NCBI GenBank assembly: GCA_907165135.1
Contig: OU015570.1
Coordinates: 2,253,929 to 2,317,928, forward strand
Origin: Oikopleura dioica
Taxonomy: Eukaryota; Animalia; Chordata
DNA: 64,000 bases
Direction: 5' to 3'
Shown: piece after piece, positions 23,144-36,033 of the stretch
Position numbering within the stretch: the stretch's first letter is position 1
How the letters are laid out: each line of letters begins with the position of its first letter
Translations under genes and position numbers: made by a program
The notes under the pieces: generated by a model
What the model saw: the letters and a program-made list of their open reading frames with translations, nothing else
Database searches by the model: none
Told to the model about the DNA's origin: nothing

Positions 23144-23791
23144 CTTCTAGAAATTGCTAAAATCATCAATTTTACCCATTTTTAACGCAGATTGAACACT
23201 ATATAGAATAGCTCTGAATTTGTGCAGAATAGTTCTGTTGAGCGCAGAATGGCTCTTCTTTTTGCAGAATAGTTCCATTTTTTGCAGTGTAGTTCTACAT
23301 GCAGAAAAGTTTCGACCACCTCTCGGAAAAAAACGGCATTAAATTGGAATTTGCAGGTTACCGATTTTTCAAAAAAGCGGCATTAAATTGGGCGGCATTA
23401 AATCGGGTAGCCGAGGTACCACAATTAGAGACTTCTCCCTAAGATCGCATTCAGATTTCTTTATAAATTTTTCTCTCGCTTTAATGGTTGCATTTATGCT
23501 AACTGGTTTAAAATTGATGTTATAACAGATTTGGATTCATTTATATATAAAAAATTTTAATGAAGCTTCTGGACATCAAATTTCAGGAATTTTCTAAATT
23601 TTTTCTTACACTGCAAATAAATCGAACACATTTATCAAGACTGATGTCAAAATTTAAGAATGTTTGCAATTATCCGATTTTTTTTAGTCGATCAGCAAAA
23701 ATCAAAAATGGCGAAAATTTCAAACAAAACAACCCGGACGATCTAATTGACCTAATACAAACATGTGCAAAACTTTTGAAATATATCTTAA

Positions 23792-24649
23792 CCCCACGAG
23801 TCAAATTGGAGGGCGTAACCCCACGAGTCTAAGTCGACATTTTTTGTCGAAATGGCCTTCCCGATGAGATAACTTATTGGGAATTAGTACTTATACTAAT
23901 TGAAACGTGCTCTTTCACATGGTGGTCTTTGTTTTTCTCTAGCATGAGTTGAACATGATTTATTGGGTCTGACCCAGTTTTACAAGCACCGTTCCACCTA
24001 TTTTTAGTAACGCGCTGATTTTCAAATCTTCAGGAACATATTTGAACGGAAACAGACTGAACCAATTAATTAGGCCAGGGTTTTAGCAGGATTACTGGTT
24101 GATGTATAAAATGCTTCCGTTTTTGCTGCCTCGACGCGATGTGCAAGCAGCACCGACATACAGTTTGCGACTTGTGTGCCAAGTGAAACTGGAATTGCCA
24201 GTAGTTCACCTCTAATTTATAGTCTGTAGATTTACAGATTATAATCAATTTGTTGTGTCTGCCTCCTTAAAACTTTCACCACTTGAAGTCATCGCTTCGA
24301 TCCCTAGCCCAAGCTCGTTTTTCTTAATTTTATCTAGCTGTCAATATCTTTTTCGAATACTACGCATTTAAAAATCTATATGTACCTTTATGAACGAAGT
24401 AAATCCGATTCTTTTATCCGAAATAATTGTCGGAGGGTTCTCGCACGTACTTACAGGTTGGTGCAGAAAGTGATTAATCCTTTACCAAGCGCCACCAAAA
24501 GGGATTAGCGCGCTCTATTTTTGATCAGAGATGCTTAATACCAGTGTGAATACACATTACAATTTTCAGCCCGATCCGAATCACAGATAGATCAGTACAG
24601 CCGATTAAAACCGGATTTCGACAAAAAATGTCGACTTAGACTCGTGGGG
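23792..24649. mobile_element. piggyBac-like non-autonomous element with a duplicated left end
   Basis: TTAA-CCCCACGAGTC...GACTCGTGGGG-TTAA; a second left-end copy at 23819 matches the right TIR over ~35 bp. Confidence 0.65.
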
Positions 24650-25454
24650 TTAATTAATTCACAAACAAAAAATAAATCTTGTTATTTGCGAACCGAGTTT
24701 GGTAACCTTCAAATGTTTCTATATTCGTCTTAATAGTATTATTTTGGTCTTCAAGCAGTTAGTCTTCCAGTATAAGGTCTTCCGGGAGGTCTTCCGGCAA
24801 AAAATGATCGAGTTTTACCAAATGTGGCAATATGTGGCAAGTCAAGGCTTTCTATTTATCTTTTTAAATATTGGTCTTCCAGCAGCCCAACTTAAGAGGA
24901 CTTTTGCGTCAATTTGGCTGATTTTGTCACCCTGAAAAATTCCAACTAAAGAGGACTTTCATGATAATTTTATTAAATTTTAGAAAATTTCTATTTACCT
25001 TGGCCAGCCAGGGTGCAACACCTGTGGATCACTGGTCAAAGAATCAGCTCTTTCAGCAGGCTGTAAGGGCAATTCATCAATAAGCTTAGGCCCCCTTACG
25101 GCTATTCTCAGTTAGGGTTAGGGTTAGGAAACAGCCTTACTTTGAGGATTACTTAACCGCATGGGACAGAAGGTGCATTCCACTGTCATTTAAGACTTTG
25201 ATCCAAAAGCGCTGAAAATTTTAATGCGCCTTCCTACACCAGATGTCATCTTATTTACTGAGTTTCAAATAATTATCGCTCACATGCCGAGCTTTACACC
25301 GGATTAAGTACGGCGCTCTTCCCCTCCCGCTGGGTGTTTGCTCATAGAAACCGAACCAAGTGTGTCATTTAAGTGTTTTCAAAGGCCTTTCATAGGTTTT
25401 TGATGATGAAGATTCCAAAAATCAACTTACTTTTAAGATATCATTTTCAAAATA

Positions 25455-26306
25455 CAGTGAAAACCCAAAATTTGCCCACCCGAAATTTGGCCGCTTTTCG
25501 TCTAAATCCGCCTTTTAAGGAACCTGATATCAACCCAAAATTTGGCCGCTTTTTCAGAAATAAAAAAATTTTCATCAGAATTGGGCCCAAATGATGCAAT
25601 TTCTGATCATTTTTAGCTTTTTTAGAGTGTTTAACCCGTTAACAGGCGCGAGGCCCTCTCACGGCCTTTTCGCCTTTAGAGCGCGATAAAAAGGCGTAGA
25701 CTCAATTTTTTATGAAAAATTTATATATTTTTGAAAATTTCAATCGATTCTCTATCTGTGTGTTTGATTCCGGAAAATAATCGGCCTGAAATTCGGACAA
25801 TGGGAGGCGAAAGAAAAACTTCAATCCTCGAAAAAAAGGGAAAGCGTAATACAATTCGCTCCCGTTTTCCTTTTTCTGAATTTCAACGCCAAAAGTGACG
25901 TAACTTTGACCTCCGTTTTCAACCACTGAACGAATCAGAAAAACTTAAAAACAACATTTAGAAGAAAGGGCAGACGCTTGTGAATCATCTCGTCTTCTTA
26001 GAAATGAATTTCCTCAGCCCTGTTTCTCGGAAAACGCCAAAATGTGCGAGGCCGTTAACGCCTCATATTGACTGCCTAGTTAACGGGTTAAATCATTTTT
26101 AATTACTGAATTCTAATAAAAATGTCTTTAAAAAAGCAAAAATTTGAATAAAATCCATCAAAATGTGAAAATCATTTCGATTTTCGAAAATTTGGAAACT
26201 TTGCTTTTTGAAGGGGAAACTTGGCTATCCGACAAAAAACCCGAAATTTGGCCGCTTTTTTCGGGAATTTAAATCCAAAAACCGGCCAATTTTTGGGTTT
26301 TCACTG
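25455..26306. mobile_element. Tc1/mariner-type MITE
   Basis: TIR CAGTGAAAACCCAAAA, TA flanks; a partial left-end copy lies at ~1470-1560. Confidence 0.7.
25635..26087. mobile_element. piggyBac-like MITE nested in the preceding element
   Basis: TTAA-CCCGTTAAC...GTTAACGGG-TTAA. Confidence 0.7.
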
Positions 26307-26992
26307 TATTATTTTATTGAAGTCAAGCAACGATCAATTACTATTTTTGAGCTTGATGTACCTGTTATACATTAATTTTGACAACAGATTTGAAATCTAC
26401 AGCCCAAAATTAGTATGTGCTGTAATTTTCAAGTCTATCCGCCCAGTAGTTTTCTTAAGTGCAGTGGAATGCACCTTCTGTCCCAGCACCTCTACCCGGC
26501 GATCTGGCCCATGCGGTTAATGCACCATGTATGGTGCACAGCAATTATAGTGCCGACACCTCTGAATGTGTTTTTGGCCGGTAGGCTAAAATTTTCCGAA
26601 AAATTCACCATATAATCTCCCTCTTCAAATTCGATGTCTGTATCCGATGTAGAAACCCAAACCCAAATCCGAGCCAACTTTTACATTAGTATTGATTTTT
26701 CTTGGTCCAAACTTCCTGTTGTCAAGTTTTTGTAGCAATTTGAACCTTCGGACGCATAAGGAAGCAAAATAAGGGTTTTTAAAAATTTCAAATTTTTAAA
26801 ATCTGTATACCTGATTCGACTCGAAGTTTCCAACTTAAGAGGACTTTTGCTCAGTCCTTGTAATCTCAAAAGGCCTCTTAAGATGGAAAAAAAACTTTTC
26901 AATATTGGTCTTCCAGCAGCTTGTCTTCCAGCAGAGTGGTCCTTCGCGAGGTCCTCCGGCACCCAGTGGCCGAGGTCGGCCTTAAGTATTTA

Positions 26993-27638
26993 TAGGCATA
27001 ACGCACAAAAAATTCAACTTTTTCCCTGTAATAGATACAAGTTTGAAACTTTGGGAGCAACTAAAACACCAAAAATGACTTTTCAAAATTTTTTGGAAAA
27101 AATTTTTTGTTACAGTTTAGTACTTTTTTTCATCCCTTTTCTGACTACTTTTCGAGCAATCCAAGCTACGGTATTCTAAGTATGCTCATTCGAAAGAGCG
27201 GAAAAAACTGAGTCAGAATTATCAATAAAAAGGGGTTCCTGGTGGGGTTCCCTGGATTCTAGGGATGAAAAACCCCTTAAAATCAGCCAAAAGTTCATTT
27301 TCGGGGTCAAATCGGGTCATTTTTGAGTGATGACTCATCATTTTTGTGATTTTCAACCCCTTAAATCTGGGGAACCCCCCTAGGAACCCCTTTTTTTCGA
27401 TGTATCTGACTCAGTTTTTTGTGCTCTTTCGAATGAGCATACTTACAACCCCGTAGCTTGGATGGCACGAAAAATCAATTTTTTGACAACTTTGGGGTAC
27501 TAAAAAAGTACTAAATTTTAAATTTTTGAAATTTTTTTTTGTTGAAATGTTGTCAGAGCACAAAAATCTATATGATAGGTGAAAATTAGCTTCCTACGAC
27601 CTTCAGATAAAAAGTCGATTTTTTGTGCGTTATCCCTA
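26993..27638. mobile_element. hAT-type foldback MITE (long imperfect inverted arms)
   Basis: Termini TAGG(C/G)ATAACGCACAAAAAA, 8-bp TSD AGTATTTA (26985-92 / 27639-46), inner inverted block ATCCAAGCTACGG...TAAGTATGCTCATTCGAAAGAGC; a related end lies at ~670-762. Confidence 0.75.
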
Positions 27639-28252
27639 AGTATTTACGTTTAGGACCAAAAGGAATGAGTTGTTAGAAGCCTATCCTTAATTTCCGGGAT
27701 CTTTGTCATTTTTCGACGGTATCCGGTACCTTGCGACAGTCTTTACTCAGTATCCAAGTAGCCCAAGACCATTTTTTTTTGGTACCTACAGATAGCTCAG
27801 AGCCTGAGCTATTCGATTAGAAGAAAAAAAGAGTCACTTTTACAGTGCGCACGGTATGCGCAGGCCCGAAAACCGATTTTGGTGCGATTTTCGGAATTTT
27901 GAAGATTATTTCCGGTCAAGAAACAAAAGTTTTTCAAAAAGTCTCCAACATAAAAGTTGCTCAGCTTGACCTGCTCTTTCATCCTATCGTGACAGATTTT
28001 GAAAAAAACAGCGATTTCGAGTTGGCCATTTTTTCTGGCTGGGCTCTAGCCATAAGTTATTGCCTGGTTAACATTGTGTTGAAGCTTAAAATCGCCCGAG
28101 AAAATAAAATTCATTTCCAAATCGAGGTAAATCGACGCTTACCAAGCAAAAATGCGAGATTCGCGAAGCCGAGTCCATATTTTTCAAAATTTTGTTAAAA
28201 AAATCTTCAAAATCGAAAAGTCTGCTCAGTCACAGGAGGAGGCTTTAAACTA

Positions 28253-28650
28253 CAGTTTTTTTCCTCTTTTGTGGACCCCAACTTTGTGGACATTTTCTTC
28301 ATTTTAAGGGGTTTTTGTGGGACACTTTTGCAAGGATAATGTTCCACTTTTGTGGACATTTGTCCAGCTAAGAAAATTTGTGAGGAATTAACAGGGTGTT
28401 TTTTTCAAAAATAAGGATGTTTTTGATAAGAAATCAAAGTCTAATACAGTTTAATTGACCAAAACTGGTATAACAGTCAAAACAAAGGCATTTTGATGAT
28501 ATAATTCGCCATTAATGAAGAAAAATTTATCGAAGAAAAAAATTTTAAGGCAGTACGGCGGGACATTTTTTTGAAGACTCTTGCCCACTTTTGTGGACAT
28601 TTTTATGAAAATTTGGGACAAAAAATGTCCACAAAATAGGAAAATAACTG
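28253..28650. mobile_element. ~400-bp Tc1/mariner-type MITE, copy 3 (diverged)
   Basis: CAGTT...AACTG TIR with TA flanks; body similar to 22086-22484. Confidence 0.7.
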
Positions 28651-31600
28651 TATATATATTCATAAAAAATTAATAAATAATTCGAATGGAAATTTTCGCC
28701 TGAATTGGGCATTGAAATTGGCCATTATTGGCCGAGACGCTAATTTCGACGACATTTATTCTGAAAAATTTTTTTGAAATTAAAAAATGTGCTCTGTCAC
28801 TATCCGAGATCTAGGATAGATCTATCGAATGAGCTACATTACAAACCTCCAAGGGTAGTAATTTTCCCGCAAAGACGGCCAACTCGACCCAGGTAGCCTT
28901 TACCCGTTGCCCAGCGATAAGTTCATAAAGGCCGTCTACGAAAAAGGTATGGCTGGATTTCGAGCCTCGGGGCAGAGTGTAGGATCCTGAATGCGACGCG
29001 CTCGGCAACGGGTAAAATCAGGTTCCCAGATCAGGAATTTTCCCAATTTCGCATAGAAGATTAAATGAAATTTTTGCTGCAAATGTTGCGATCAGATATC
29101 TTTATAATGAATCCATCTCTGTTATTTTTTTTGTTCTGGCAGGTACAGTTAGCAATTTTCTAAAGCCCAAACTCTAACTCCTCTGAGCGGTAGTTTCGCC
29201 TCAAAATTCTGCCAAATTCCGAATTTTAGTGAAGTCATATTTTGAATAAAAAAAGTTATATTTTGAATAAATATTTCGGCAAGAGTGGCTGACTTTTGAC
29301 CGAAATCAAAGAATTTTTGACTGAGAAATTCTGCCTCCAAGAGTTTTTATCCTCTTTCGATGACTTACCAAAACAATTTTCATGGCAAAAAATTTTTTTC
29401 AAGGTATCACTAGGGCCGACACGATAAAAATCAACTCCAAGAAAGCATTAACGTAGAGAGCTGAAACTTCGGGACAAGATGTAGTTCGACCCAACTAAAA
29501 AAATTGCTATTGAAAATTTATTGGTCTGGTCAGGTGGTCACGTGATTAAGAGTGGGACTCGGCTCGGGCAAGACTAGGCAAGACTCTAGGCCAGACTCCT
29601 CAAGACTGATCTCTCCCCTATCCGGAGGCCTGAGGTAGCGGGGCATGCTCGGCAGCGCCGGGGGTCTACCCGACGGCCTCGCACACTCCTCCACACTCAC
29701 CTCCCAGATAGCTGAGATTGTGTTCATTTTGAAAATGTGAACAGAATTATAATAATTAAACAGTTATTTAATAAAGATAAATTTTAAATTATTAAAAAAT
29801 GACTGAACAAAGTGAAATTAATTTTTAAAATCAAATTTTTGAAATAATAAGCAAACTCATAAAATGTAAAATAGTGAACAGTAAGAAATTATAAAAAGCA
29901 GTCAAAGTAATATTGACTCACTGCGCGGCGCGGCGCGGCCAACTGATAAGGCAGCGCGCACTCTCCGACTCTCCTTTTTTCACAATGAAACAGTTTTTTT
30001 CATATTTTTGTACCGAGAATAATTAATAAAGTGTAAAATATTAATTAAGGTAATTTCAAGTAAAGAGAAAAGCATATTCAACCAGCCAGAATTTTGAAAC
30101 TATATTATAAATTTGATTGTAAATATTTTAATTTTATATATATGTAATTTTTAAAAGAAAATAAAGAATATTTCTATATTCAAGCTCATATCACTATTTA
30201 TATCATCAAACTAACACGATTTATCATTCTTATCACTATAATACTAACAATGCGGCGCCGAGAGCGAAGGGAATGCGATCATTTTCCAACGCGATCACCG
30301 GTCAGTCGCCTAATTATTCATCTCTTTTTCATAATACAATCATTTCTATCATTATTACTAACATGATTAATCATCCTCATCATTTTCATACTAACTGTGG
30401 CCCCGAGAGGTCTTGCTGTCATTTGACGTCCCGAAAGGGTTCCGAAAGGAGGTGAGGTCGATCACCGGTTAGTCACCTAATAAATAATTTTTCTAATTTG
30501 ATTACTTATCTTTTGAATATATATCAAGTAAAAACAAAAAATATATCTATTTCTATACCTAAAAATAATAAAAAATGGACAAAAATCGATGTTACCAATT
30601 TTTCGGTCGTTGTGCAGAAACGGGTTAAAATTTCAAAAATTATCTCAGAGGCTCAAATATATTATATAAAAACAATTTAAAGATTTTAATTTTCATTGAT
30701 GCGCGTGACTTCGTAAATAAAAGACGAAAAGCTTTCTCGGGCGAACAACTTCGCCTCTCCTTCCCTGTTGTTATAAAATGAGAAAAATTATAAAATTTAA
30801 AATAAAACTAATGTAAATATTTATAACCAGAATAAATTTGAATTAAATTGAAATTTGTCAAAAAAATTTTTATGAAAATTTGACTCTTTATTATCGAATG
30901 AAAGATTTTCATCTTTTCTTGAACCCAAAATAATTCTTTAATTCTCCGCTGAATTTAAATGCGATAATAAAGATGAATTAAACAGCTATTTAGAATCAAA
31001 AATATTCAATTTAATTATACTATGTAAAATTATTATTTTTATTCATTCTACTAACAAAAATTTCATCGTTGTTACTCATCGTTTGCGTTAAAATTTTAAA
31101 ACATAAAAGAGCATGAAATACCATGAAGTTTTACTCTTGATGGAGAAAACCCCTGGGCCCCTTCTCCGTTTCCCGCACAATTCAATGTCGGGGGATTCTA
31201 GAAATTTTGCCAAGCCCGTGTTTGGCGTTATCTCGAATCTCGAAATTGTTTGCGGAAGAAAAATGTCCGCTGATTGGCTAATCACAGCTGGCGCAGAATT
31301 AGGCGCGCTCAGAATTGGGGTTCGCGCAAAGCCCATGTATTCTCGCGAATCTCAGATTCTCCCATCTCCACTTAGAGCTCAACTTCATAGTATTCTATCC
31401 ATTCTAATTTTTTTCTGTTTTATTGGCCATTGCTATCTAAAAAGAAATTTTTTTTTCAAAATCATATCCCTATAATTTTGGCGGTTGAAAATGATTATTT
31501 CTAGTCAAATCCTACATAAGAAAAGATTCTTAACTCAATCTAATAAAGGTTAAATAGTCATCGAAAGTACTGTTACAAATTCTTTACTCAACAAAAAAGG

Positions 31601-32770
31601 TAAAACAGTCATTATAAGGCAAAATAATCAATTGAGAATTTCAAAAGTTTGATACAAATATAGCATAACGCGAAATCGCGGGTAAAATAGTTTTCAGTCT
31701 AAGCTTTTTTATTTCTTTTTTCATGCATTTTTCGTTGTACTTGCTGTTTGTCGTCATGTCGTATAAGTAGGGACCGCACGCAAAAAAGGGTCGGATCAGT
31801 GCGCTCAATTTTTTCAAAAAACGGCAACGATAGGATGATAGAGCAACTCAAACTGAATATTTTTCATATTGAAAGTTTTTCACCACCACTGACTTTTCTG
31901 CCGGAAATGATCAGGTTTAACACCGGAAATCGGTACTTTTTCACGTTTCTGGCCGGCTCACCTTGATCTCATCGTGATAAGATATCGATAAGGGGCTCAA
32001 AAGAAAGCTTGTCGTCTGAGCTTTCTATTGGTACCAAAAAAGTAGAAACTTAGTTCAAATTTTTGGCGCTAGAAGCGATTGAAGGTGCTCAGGGAGCCCA
32101 AAAATTGCTCAAAATCACCGGAACTAGCCGGTTTCGCTCTAAAACCTCATGTAAACCCTTACATATGGATATCTTTCGATAGGATTTTTCTCTCTTGACA
32201 AAATATTGACCGGTTAAGAGCTCAACCAACCAGTTCTCAAGCCAAAACCAGCCGGTTTCTCTCCAAAACCACGTGTTTTCTATTACATATGGATATCTAT
32301 CGAAGGATTTTTCTTTTTTGAGTACAAATTAACCGGTTCGAAGCCGGCTAAAAGATCAACTTTGGTCGAGTTCGGCCGGAGGACCTTCCTGGTGGAAGAC
32401 CATCCGCTGGAAGACCAGTATTTAAAATTTTTAATATATGGCTATGCTCGGTCAACATATAACCACTTATGGTCAACATTGGTCAAGTTTGGCCGGAGGA
32501 CCCTCGGAGGACCTTTCTGGTGGAAAAACATCAGCTGGAAGACCAAAATTAAAAAATGAAATAGAATGCCTTGCTGGGCTAAGAATAAACACTTTCGGCC
32601 AGCTTTGGTCACATTTTGCCGGAGGACCCCCGGAGGACCCCTTCTGTCGGAAGACAATCTACTGGAAGACCATTATTTAAAAAAATTAAAATCAATTACA
32701 GTCAACTCAGTGATTAAAGGGGATCGCAGACCAACTTTGTGGCCACATAATTAAGTGAGTGATAAGATAA

Positions 32771-33922
32771 AGCCGTCAAGAGGAGAAGGGAACGCCCATT
32801 AATTCGACCCGAAGGATGGTCTTTGCATATGCTTGTGTCAACCTGACGAATGGAAACCTTGCGTGGCTCTTTAAGGAAAGTATCCGTCTGGGAAACCTGG
32901 AAAAGCATCTGCTCAATGCTAAGGATGTTTCTTATCTCCTACCGACCAGGCTTATTGATCTTGGAGATTGCTCCTATGTCAGGATGGCGAGAGATAAAAC
33001 CACCAACTTTGCCCTCGTGCGAAGCTTCCACTCTGTCACAAAGAACTACCTGCTGATGCACGTGGGTCAAAATGCCAGACCCTGTGAACTACTCTTTTCA
33101 ATGCTTGACTCTGATGAAACGAATATGACCACCCTCCAAGCCATGCTAAAGGAACTTCACGTTGCTTTTGCCCTAGGTGTGGGAGCTCCGAGCAATGGTC
33201 TTCTTCATGGGCCCTTTTGCAACACCCGGAACAGCGCTGCCATGAGAGAATAATCCTGTCCAAGAGACACCAGAGCCGGTAGTACCCTGGTCTCGAGTGG
33301 AGTAGTAGTATTCCTTGCCTCAAACAACATCAACCAAGTGGGTCGCGACTCCTGGACCAAGTTTCATGCCATGCTCATCCAAATTGAAGGAAGTCGTACC
33401 AGGCCCTCTGCGGCCTGGAAGATCCTCACTGAGAACACTGTAGTCTATGAATCCTGGACCTCAGTGGGTGCCAAGTACATGGGCTTGACTTCCCATCTCT
33501 GCAAGGAACTGGATGCCCTTGCCCAGCTCAAGGTGGGCTCTCCCTTTGATTCCTGGCTACAGAAGAAGCTTTTTCAAGCGACCTGGACAATGGGTAGAGT
33601 TGGCATCAGCCTTTCTACTCGTTCACTAGCTCCCTGCAGTACTGCTAGAATCATCCAGGATGTTGCCCTCCTGAGTCAAATCACCGGCGATCAAGACATG
33701 GCCAGCACCCTTGCCTGTGACCTAGGAAAATTCCAAGCTGACTCTCTGGGAAAGCTCACTTGCTTCACCTTTCCGACCCTTGTTAATCCTACAGCCAAGC
33801 AACGAGGGAATCTTGAGCAAGCTGGAAGACCGCTGCCTGGCTCTCCCTCTTCTGGCCAAAATGAAATCCGTAGCTCTTCTTCTCCTCACGCTGAGCGACA
33901 GCCTAACAAGGGTACGAGATGA
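32771..33922 (+). pseudogene. Long reading frame (~380 codons) with one internal TAA; unassigned
   Basis: Track ORFs 32816-33253 and 33338-33922 are in the same frame with an open 28-codon linker. Confidence 0.45.
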
Positions 33923-34489
33923 GCCATTGTCCCCTCGGCCCTACCCTTGAACGACCACTATCCCTTAATATATCTAAAAGTCCCTAATATATTGGTCGTG
34001 GCGCATTACGCAACTACCAAGAAGGCAGTAAAGAAACTTCCTCTAACTTCTAGCTTCAGATCAGCACAGCCATGACCCTCTCCCTGAGCAGCTGACAGAC
34101 AATGGGGTGGCCATCGATACTCAGCAAGCTGCTCTGGAAAACCCTGGAACTGGAAGTGCTCGGACCACTATGGTCCATAGACTATGGACCCTGACTCCAC
34201 AGAAGGGATGTCAATTGACTGCCCGGACGAATTTGCCAAGAAAACAAAGGCGCTGAACTGAGCCTGAATCCCCGCTCACTTCTCTTACTGACCTTGCTTT
34301 GTGAGACTGTCTCTGCCTTACTGCTCTCCACTTTCTCGCTCAGCGTTTAACTAAATCATGGCATTGGTTTATAAATTACCTTCACTGCTAAATGAAATAG
34401 CAGTTCAGTGTTCTCTCCTTACTGCAATCTAAATGCACTGAAATCATGAAACACCTAGGCTATAGGCAGGGCATGTATGTACGCTTTAA

Positions 34490-36033
34490 CTTCTCAATAC
34501 ACGTGGTCGGTTGAACCGACCACGGCGACTTTGAGCCACCGTAATTTCTCTTGTGATAATCCATTTGACATGATTTTTGTAATGTGAGCTAAGATGACTA
34601 AAACGAACCACTTTGTGAAATTTCGGAAGTTTTCTCAAAAGTGCTGGCGTTTTGCACCGGATTTATCTTTGACTCTGCAGCTGAAAATCCAAAAAGTGTT
34701 TTTCAAAAGTAATTGTTAATCTTGATAGCTGAGTGTTCAAGCTTTCCAGCGATATGTATAGGGTTTGTATCGGGAAATCAGATTTGTGTCTTTCTCCTCA
34801 AAAATAAGGTCATTAGATCAGTTTTTTACACTGATTCTGAAAATGCAAGAGAAAAAACCATCTGAGCTTAGCTTGGTGGTGGAGCGGCTCGGTGCGCGCG
34901 CCCGGTGCGCTTGGAGTAAATCATAAAATTCGATCTTTTTTTTCGAAAATTTTGGTAGACTTAGGTTTTCTAAGGTGCTGATTAAGAATAAATTATTTAT
35001 TTTATTTAATTCAACAAATAAAAAATAAATTTTGCATGTCTTTGTTCCGTAGTGAGAAGTCTCTTTACTTTCGTTAATCTCTCTTTGACTTGCAATTCTA
35101 TGCTCGACAAGATTTCAAAAAGTGTTAATTCGATTATTTACATGTTGCAACTGCAATGAGTACCGGAAATCCCTGGATTTTAGCATCGAACCACTTGGTT
35201 TTGTCACCTTATGCATAAAGGTTCGAACCTAACATGGGGCGCAATTTCAATAGAGTCCGAGCGCGTGGAAGGAAGGCTAGTTCAGCCGCCACGCTCGGCG
35301 CATCATCTCCCACCGCGTCGTCAGTTCCAGTCAGTTATCGAGAAATTTCAGACCTTCTAGGGCTTCCCCGGTTTTCAAACTTACATATGTTCTTAAAAAA
35401 GGTCCTTTTTTGATTATATATAAAAATCAGAATTTAAAAAAGTCGGTTAGGGCTTCAAAAATAAGAGAAACCAATTTTTTGGCTGCGTTCGCCGCGCAAT
35501 GCACTATCGCGCCGCCACCAAGACTCCATCAACAGGACATTTGAAAGCCTTCTAGCTTCTTCCCGGTTTTCAAACTTTAACAGACTCTAGAAAAATGTCT
35601 GTTCTTTGACATATCTCAAAATCAGACATTCAGAAGGTCGGTTAGACACATAGAGAGCAGGTTTTCTGTAGATTTTCGAGGAAACTACGCTTTTTTGATG
35701 AAAATTTAGGTTTTTGAGGTCAATTTATGAACAAGCGTCATCTTTTTTCATATATTCAGAGGTTTTTCACTGAAATTCTTTCAAGTTACGCGAAATAGAT
35801 TGCCATCATTTTGGGCAAGAAGCGCCTCGCCTAGCGCCGCCTTCCCGATACAAACCCTAGATATGTATTGTAACTTTTTTGCTTGCCGGAAACGCAAGTA
35901 AGAGCTGAAAGTCTTGAGCGCTCTTTATCACACTCCTAATTTTGCGCGCCGCGCGGGGCTGAATAATGAATTGTGGTCCCCTCACCCGACCCCGTGTTTT
36001 GAGCGCTTAGTCGCGCGCCCGTGTATTGAGAAG
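34490..36033. mobile_element. 1.5-kb member of the TTAA family seen at 5420-5853, opposite orientation
   Basis: TIR CTTCTCAATACACG, TTAA at 34486-89 and 36034-37; both subterminal regions match the small copy. Confidence 0.85.

Larger units (their letters stand above)
21876..23416. mobile_element. TA-flanked TIR element hosting two nested MITEs
   Basis: Imperfect TIR CCTCG(TG/GC)TACC(T/C)GATTTAATGCCGC, TA on both sides. Confidence 0.6.

Noticed and set aside
25112-25128. TTAGGG telomeric repeats (also degenerate at ~58675-58715)
   Set aside because: Fewer than three perfect units and embedded in dispersed repeats; not a telomere or fusion site
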